Shown here in pieces: positions 26,800 through 32,000 of a stretch of DNA of 32,000 nucleotides (the stretch's first letter is position 1; every line of letters starts with the position of its first letter). The notes beneath the pieces were generated by a model. That model did not search any database. It was not told the DNA's origin and worked only from the letters and a program-made list of their open reading frames with translations. The stretch lies in contig NC_008312.1 in assembly GCF_000014265.1 (NCBI RefSeq), positions 2,940,001 to 2,972,000 of the forward strand, in the 5' to 3' direction. A program made the position numbers and the translations under genes. The stretch is from Trichodesmium erythraeum IMS101. GTDB lineage: Bacteria; Cyanobacteriota; Cyanobacteriia; Cyanobacteriales; Microcoleaceae.

Positions 26800-29700
26800 A
26801 TGCCTAGTGAGTTTGAAAAGGTTCTAGACGAGATTAGAAAACGAAGTAGTAAATATGAAGATATTGGAGATGTTAAGAGGGAAATTATTAATGCGCTTTC
26901 ACAAAGATATAAAACACAGGAACGTTTGTTTACACATTATGTTCTAGAAAAAGGGGGATTTGATATTCGTAAATTAACTTTAAGTGACCCTCTGCTAGTA
27001 ATTATATCTGATTTTTTTAATCAGTGTAATGGTCTAAACAAAAACGAATTATATAAATTTTTTAGAGTGTTATATGATGAAAATAAAGGTATTAGTTTGC
27101 TAAAAGAAATTAGAGATACACTTGTACAATTTAAACATCAAAGTACTGATACTCCTACATATACACCATCACCATACATATCAGTTATTACTTCAGAAGC
27201 AATAGGCTTAGTAGAAGCAAAATATGGACAGTCTCTAGAACAGGGAAAAAACTTTGCTAAAAAAGTTGATTGTAATAATTTTCAGGATGTACAAGCTTTT
27301 TTTAATAATGGGGGACAAGCTGGTAAACAGCTTGCTATTTTGGAGCCAGGAACCTATTACATTAACCCCGAAATATTCACTATTCGTACAGTTCCTATTA
27401 TTAGGATTCTTCAAGGAGAAATAGGACTGGTAATAGCCAATGAGGGGACTTTTAAGTCTGATGAACAAACGTTAGGTAGAGTGGTGGAATGTGATAACTT
27501 TCAGGATGCTGAAGCATTTCTGAAAAATGGAGGACAAAAAGGTAAGCAACTTGCTATTTTGACTGACGGTGACTATAAAATTAACACTGATTTCTTTAGC
27601 GTAATTACTACTACTAATGCCTATAAATATAATGAAAATCCAAATAATTTAAAGGTTTATAAAATCGACAAAGATAAAATTGGTATTTTAACTACGATGG
27701 TTGGGAAAATTCTCCCTAAAGGTGAAATTGCTGGACCAATAATTGAAGGACACGATAATTATCAAAATGCACAAAAATTCCTAGATTTAGGAGGATATAA
27801 AGGATTGCAAGAAGAAGTTCTCCAAGAAGGAGCCTGGAGTCTAAATCCTTGGTTTGTTGAAGTTGAGCAGGTACCACTAACTAGAATTGAGCAAGAAGAG
27901 GTGGGAGTTGTTATATCTTTTGTTGGAAAAGAATATGACAAAAATTATGATCAACAGCCCATTTTTTATGGTGCAGAAAAGTCTCTATACCAATTAGTTC
28001 CAAAAGGGTACAAAGGAGTTCAAAAAGAACCTCTTACTGCTGGTCAATATGCAATTAATACCAGAGTAAAAACGGTCAAATTAGTGCCAACTACCCAAAT
28101 TATACTGAATTGGTCAGATCAGAAAAAACATCCCTTAAATTATGACTATGAACTGAAACAAATGAAGCTAATTTCTAGAGACCATTTTGAAATTTTTGTT
28201 CAGTTTACCCAAATTATTCGTATTGCTGCTGAGAATGCTCCTAAGATGATTTGTATGGTTGGATATTATACAGGGGAAGACAAAATATATGTTACTGATG
28301 ATTCTGGGCAAGTTGTTAAGAAATATGCAGTTATTAGAAATTTAGTTTCTCGTGTATTAACAAAAGTTGTTTATAGTCATTTTCAACAAGCTGCTACTGG
28401 TAAAACGGCAATACAGTTTCTAAACACAAGAGGTGACTCTCAAAAGGAGGCCGAAAATTATATAAAAACACTTCTTGAAATGATTGGTGTTGAAGGATGT
28501 GGCACTTTTATGGTTGATACAGTTAATCTACCTCTAGTAGTTGATTCTTACTTACAAGAGAAACAAAAGCAAGAGGCAAGAGAAGCTCAAGCAAAAGCTG
28601 CACCTGAACGGCTTCTTGAACCTGAATTTGTTGAGAATCCTGAACAACGGCTTCCTGAACCTGAATTTGTTGAGAATCCTGAAAACCGTTGTCCCATTAT
28701 CCTCCTACTGGATACATCTTACTCAATGTCAGGAGAAGCTATTACTGAATTAAATCAAGGAGTGAAAATATTTCAGGCAAGTGTAAAGGAAGATGAACTG
28801 GCTTCCTTAAGAGTAGAAATAGCTGTCATTACTTTTAACAGTGAAATTGAAGTAGTTCAAGATTTTGTTACTGTAGATAAATTTATTCCCAAAACATTAG
28901 AAGCATCAGGAGTAACGCACATGGGAAAAGCTATTGAAAAAGCCCTAGAATTATTAGAAAAGCGAAAACAAGACTACAAAAATAGCGATATTCAATACTA
29001 TCGACCCTGGATCTTTCTAATTACTGATGGGCAACCTACTGATACTTGGCAAGATGCAGCAAAAAAAATAGAAGAAGCTGAAACTAATAGAAAATTACTT
29101 TTTTTTGCTGTTGGGGTAAGAGATGCAGATATGGAGACATTAAGTGAAATTTCTGTATGCCCTCCTAAAAAACTCAACGGCTTAGATTTTCAATCTTTGT
29201 TTAAATGGCTAAGTTTTTCACTTCAGCAAGTTTCAGTTAGCAAGATAGGAGAAAAGAATAGACTTCCTCCAACGAATGCATGGGAAGAAATAACTAGTAA
29301 AAATCAAAATACTAAACAGACTCAACAAACTCAACAAAAGACAACAATTCCTAATTCTGACCCTAATCCTGAACCAATTATCCCTATCTTAGTTTTAGAT
29401 AGAGATATTTTTAAAGATCAACGAATTAAGAGTAATTCGGAGGGAGAAATTTGGATAACTCAAAAATATCGCTACCGAAAGAAATACCTAATAAAAATTT
29501 ATTATGAAGTTACACCAGCAAGGATAAAAAAGTTAGAAGTAATGGTAGCTTATAAACCGAAAAATTTTCATGGTTCTCAACAAGCGTGGGCTTGGCCTGA
29601 GTATTTACTAGCAGATAAAACAGGAAAAATTATCGGCTTTGTCATGGAATTTATTGAAGATAGTAAACTGCTATTTAATATTTATAATCCTCAGCGTCGT

Positions 29701-30414
29701 AAGCAAATAAATAGTCAACTCCACTGGTCAGTAGACTGGCTTTTTCTTCACCATACTGCTAAAAATATTGCTACTATTATTCAGTCTCTTCATAGTCAGG
29801 ATTATGTTATTGGAGATATGAAGCCACAAAATATTCTAGTTAACCGATATGCTTCTGCTTCAATAATTAATACAGACTCATTTCAAGTTCGCCATCCTCA
29901 GACAAAAGAAATCTATCATTGTTTAGTTGGTTCCGAAGAATTTACCCCTCCTGAACTATTAGAAAAAGAATTAGCAAAAATTGTTCAAACTCCTACCCAT
30001 GATAACTTTAGATTAGCCCTTATTATCTATCATTTATTATTTGGAGGACATCCCTTTAAAGGAAGGTGGATAGGAACAGAAGAGCCACCCAAAATTGATG
30101 AACTCATCCGACTAGGTTTCTGGTGCTATGCTCCCAATAGTAAAATTCTACCAGGACCGAGAACTATTCCCCTTGAAATAGTTCACCCCAAAATTCAAAA
30201 ATGCTTCCAAAAATGCTTCAACGATGGACACTATCATCCAGAAAAACGACCCACTCCTCAGAACTGGGTTGACGCTTTAGAGAGTGCCATTAATGATTTA
30301 GTACAGTGTAAAAGAGTTGATACCCATTGGTATAGTAAAACTTATGGCAAATGCTATTGGTGCGAAAGAGAAGAAAAATTAGAGGTTGACATATTTTCTG
30401 ATTCCAAAACATAA
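26800..30414 (+). CDS. 1204-aa multidomain protein: N-terminal adaptor-like module, repeat-expanded SPFH/band-7-like region, TerY-type vWA domain, Ser/Thr protein kinase (YegI-like) with C-terminal Cys/His knuckle
   Basis: - 26800-27129: helical module homologous to the C-terminus of the upstream ORF.
- 27265-27990: three repeats of (V/I)(D/E)C.NFQD..AF..NGG..GKQ..IL..G.Y.IN...F.
- about 27860-28554: SPFH-like core (EQEEVGVVISFVGKE; LTAGQYAINTRVKTVKLVP; ISRDHFEIFVQFTQIIRI; IRNLVSRVLTKVVYSHF..A.GKTAIQFLNTR; IKTLLEMIGVEGCGTFMVDTVNLP).
- 28690-29250: vWA with MIDAS DTSYSMSG (D638), ITDGQPTD and FKWLSFSL, as in TerY.
- 29400-30300: kinase with YLIKIY (Lys), VIGDMKPQNILV (D1006/K1008/N1011), NTDSFQV (D1026) and EFTPPEL.
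- Tail: C..(5)..H..(9)..CYWC. Confidence 0.85.
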   Translation: MPSEFEKVLDEIRKRSSKYEDIGDVKREIINALSQRYKTQERLFTHYVLEKGGFDIRKLTLSDPLLVIISDFFNQCNGLNKNELYKFFRVLYDENKGISLLKEIRDTLVQFKHQSTDTPTYTPSPYISVITSEAIGLVEAKYGQSLEQGKNFAKKVDCNNFQDVQAFFNNGGQAGKQLAILEPGTYYINPEIFTIRTVPIIRILQGEIGLVIANEGTFKSDEQTLGRVVECDNFQDAEAFLKNGGQKGKQLAILTDGDYKINTDFFSVITTTNAYKYNENPNNLKVYKIDKDKIGILTTMVGKILPKGEIAGPIIEGHDNYQNAQKFLDLGGYKGLQEEVLQEGAWSLNPWFVEVEQVPLTRIEQEEVGVVISFVGKEYDKNYDQQPIFYGAEKSLYQLVPKGYKGVQKEPLTAGQYAINTRVKTVKLVPTTQIILNWSDQKKHPLNYDYELKQMKLISRDHFEIFVQFTQIIRIAAENAPKMICMVGYYTGEDKIYVTDDSGQVVKKYAVIRNLVSRVLTKVVYSHFQQAATGKTAIQFLNTRGDSQKEAENYIKTLLEMIGVEGCGTFMVDTVNLPLVVDSYLQEKQKQEAREAQAKAAPERLLEPEFVENPEQRLPEPEFVENPENRCPIILLLDTSYSMSGEAITELNQGVKIFQASVKEDELASLRVEIAVITFNSEIEVVQDFVTVDKFIPKTLEASGVTHMGKAIEKALELLEKRKQDYKNSDIQYYRPWIFLITDGQPTDTWQDAAKKIEEAETNRKLLFFAVGVRDADMETLSEISVCPPKKLNGLDFQSLFKWLSFSLQQVSVSKIGEKNRLPPTNAWEEITSKNQNTKQTQQTQQKTTIPNSDPNPEPIIPILVLDRDIFKDQRIKSNSEGEIWITQKYRYRKKYLIKIYYEVTPARIKKLEVMVAYKPKNFHGSQQAWAWPEYLLADKTGKIIGFVMEFIEDSKLLFNIYNPQRRKQINSQLHWSVDWLFLHHTAKNIATIIQSLHSQDYVIGDMKPQNILVNRYASASIINTDSFQVRHPQTKEIYHCLVGSEEFTPPELLEKELAKIVQTPTHDNFRLALIIYHLLFGGHPFKGRWIGTEEPPKIDELIRLGFWCYAPNSKILPGPRTIPLEIVHPKIQKCFQKCFNDGHYHPEKRPTPQNWVDALESAINDLVQCKRVDTHWYSKTYGKCYWCEREEKLEVDIFSDSKT

Positions 30415-30429
30415 CATTCCCTTGAAAAA

Positions 30430-30837
30430 TTGCTTCAAAATAAAAAGTGGAAAGAAGCTGATTTAGAAACTAAATATATTATGCTAAAGTTTGCAGGAAG
30501 AATTGATCAAGGATGGTTAGATAAATCATCCCTAGAAAATTTCCCGACTAAAGTTATTCTTCAAATAGATCAACTTTGGCGACAATATTCTGATGAACGT
30601 TTTGGCTTTGCTACACAGAAGCGTATCTATTTAGAAACTGGTAATAAATTAGAACAAATAAATTGGGAAACCTATAATCATTTTGGTGAAAAAGTTGGTT
30701 GGCGAGAAGGGGGAATGTGGAAAAATTACTTCGATCTAGAATTTTCTCTGAATTCACCAGAAGGTCATCTTCCATTCTGTTGTGCTGGTTTTAATGTTTG
30801 CTTCATTGCTCATCTAGCCCTTCTGAAAGACTTATGA
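30430..30837 (+). CDS. GUN4-like porphyrin-binding domain ORF, in the same frame as the kinase ORF and separated from it by one TAA; no ATG at the domain start (possible detached or pseudogenised C-terminal domain)
   Basis: KKWKEADLETKYIMLKFAGRIDQGWLDKSSLENFP..VILQIDQLWRQYSDERFGFATQKRIYLETG......W..F...VGWREGGMWKNYFDLEFSLNSPEGHLPF is the GUN4 domain pattern. The track start is TTG, and the first ATG (residue 18) would truncate the domain. 30430-26800 = 3630, which is divisible by 3. Confidence 0.6.
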   Translation: MLQNKKWKEADLETKYIMLKFAGRIDQGWLDKSSLENFPTKVILQIDQLWRQYSDERFGFATQKRIYLETGNKLEQINWETYNHFGEKVGWREGGMWKNYFDLEFSLNSPEGHLPFCCAGFNVCFIAHLALLKDL

Positions 30838-31193
30838 TCATCTACATGAATCTTTGATTTTCTCTAAATAATCAGTTCTATTCCTGCTTCACCTCGGCAA
30901 CCTCAGCGTTCTCTCAAAATCTATAATTTTCTATATAAACTTTCAATTATAGTTATCGTAGTGGAAAATCTTCATATCTTAGGAAGAATATCATATCCGA
31001 ATCATCAGTGATCAAAAAGTTTTTGTTTGTAGTAAAGCGATCGCCTTATTCGCCGTAAGTGCTAATTCTCTCCTCCTGCTTTCTGCCTCCCGCCTTACCT
31101 CCTCCAAAGTGTAAGTATTGAACCTAGAGAGCGAATGCCATGTAGAGGGCGAATGCTAGAAAACCCCCACTAGATATGGGGTTTGTGTGTAAG

Positions 31194-31446
31194 CCCTATA
31201 AATTAACTACTTATTTGACTCTTAACCACAGACAAATAGTAATAGAAGACTTAAATGTATCGGGAATCTCAAACTGTTGATTTGTGTTGCAGTCTTTACT
31301 GTTATCAGAACTTGTTTTCAATTGCAAACACTGCAATTAAAGCTCGTGAGCGATACTTGAATGCAGCCTTAAATTTAGCTACAGTTAGTCAGTTCATTCC
31401 GTGTGCCTGTGAACTAGATCGCACCGACATTGCCAGAATAAAGTAG
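31194..31446 (+). pseudogene. tnpB: Fragmentary TnpB (IS200/IS605 OrfB) remnant with frameshifts and stops
   Basis: 31194-31277 reads PYKLTTYLTLNHRQIVIEDLNVSGISNC* (TnpB RuvC-II motif IxxEDLNVxGM). Further on, other frames give ELVFNCKHCN* and ARERYLNAALNLATVS (zinc-finger CxxC and RuvC-III D.D.NAA.NL). Confidence 0.65.
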
Positions 31447-31598
31447 GAACAAAAATAGATCAAAAATCAGATAATGATAGATTTTATGAATTTTTTGTAG
31501 ATTTCTGGGAACGGAATGAACTTGCCAAAATTGTGGTGCACACCATGACCGCCAGACACTAAATTAAAATTATAGCGCTAGTCTTTCGGTAATTTTAG

Positions 31599-32000
31599 CT
31601 AGCCACCATAATTCCAGCCTGTATTTTCTAATAACAGAGGATCTCCCTCACGATGCACACCTGCTGCAATTACTTCTCCTACATACACAGTATGATCCCC
31701 TTTTTCGACAGCACCCATAACTCTACATTCAACATAGCCAAGAGTATCAGAAATAATTGGACAACCAGTTTCCCCCAAATAAAATTCTACCTCTTCAAAT
31801 TTATTTCCCACACGACGTTGAGGTTTGAAAAACTGTTGAGCTAAATCTTTTTGCTCTGCTCCTAAGAAACTAAGGGAAAATACTCCACTAGTCTTAATCA
31901 TGGTATGGGATATAGAAGATTTATTAACACAGTTAACAATTAGGGGAGGCTTAAAAGATGCTTGCATTACCCAACTAGCTGTAAAGCCGTTTACTTCATC
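31599..32000 (-). CDS. Flavin reductase-like (FMN-binding split-barrel) domain protein, 5' end outside the window
   Basis: The frame stays open upstream of the track's Met to position 32000 (DEVNGFTASWVMQASFKPPLIVNCVNK...). NG.TASWV.Q.SF.PPL..V.V.K, F.G..Q..L...F and A..EC.V......GDH..YVGEV are typical of flavin reductase domains. It could be stand-alone or the C-terminus of a flavodiiron protein. Confidence 0.8.
   Translation of the reverse strand, partial: DEVNGFTASWVMQASFKPPLIVNCVNKSSISHTMIKTSGVFSLSFLGAEQKDLAQQFFKPQRRVGNKFEEVEFYLGETGCPIISDTLGYVECRVMGAVEKGDHTVYVGEVIAAGVHREGDPLLLENTGWNYGG

Noticed and set aside
31255-31446. 63-aa track ORF (MYRESQTVDLCC...) as a real gene
   Set aside because: It is a chance open frame across the decayed TnpB fragment. 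The recognisable TnpB motifs are split over three frames.
15346-31844. Other short track ORFs nested antisense or out of frame in confident genes (15346..15528, 17524..17730, 21045..21278, 21390..21572, 22006..22245, 22220..22450, 25707..25919, 27235..27468, 28541..28753, 31653..31844)
   Set aside because: Each lies fully inside a longer ORF with clear family motifs, and none shows recognisable motifs of its own.
1-32000. Searched by eye for a PP2C phosphatase, reverse transcriptase (DGR or group II intron), cas genes, restriction-modification genes, toxin-antitoxin pairs, and rRNA, tmRNA or RNase P RNA
   Set aside because: I found no ORF or conserved RNA motif supporting any of these in the window. 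Absence by eye is weak evidence for small RNAs.

Overview
This looks like A+T-rich cyanobacterial chromosomal DNA. Evidence: many HIP1 GCGATCGC octamers, a split dnaE intein, an hli gene and a GUN4-like domain. The IntC peptide and the low coding fraction (roughly 60%) suggest a Trichodesmium-like filamentous marine cyanobacterium; this is inference only, since no search was possible. All domain calls come from motif recognition by eye and need HMM confirmation.

The window has three parts.

(1) 1-13.4 kb is a 'repeat island'. It holds the 3' half of split dnaE (missing from the ORF track) and a 675-bp GGTTTTA heptamer array. Next come a 98-bp x17 tandem array punctuated by HIP1 and an octamer C3/G3 array. 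Then comes a 2194-aa repeat protein with an FG-GAP propeller, nine Ig-like repeats, six Calx-beta domains and a PPC domain. It is followed by a 192-bp x~10 array, a ~200-bp degenerate array and 2 kb of ORF-free AT-rich DNA.

(2) 15-25 kb holds ordinary genes: an M48 peptidase overlapping tRNA-Leu(CAA), a small membrane protein, a decayed tnpB, an unlisted 56-aa hli, a DUF3611-like protein, a RodZ-like HTH protein, proB and a Gfo/Idh/MocA oxidoreductase.

(3) 25.6-30.9 kb is the most interesting locus. A MIF-like tautomerase lies divergent from a tight operon. The operon's first gene is a 212-aa protein whose C-terminal ~80-aa module recurs at the N-terminus of the next gene. That second gene is a 1204-aa fusion of adaptor, SPFH-like, TerY-type vWA and Ser/Thr kinase segments. 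A GUN4-like ORF follows, in the same frame and separated by a single TAA. I do not recognise this combination as a described system.

The window ends with a second tnpB fragment and a partial flavin-reductase-like gene.
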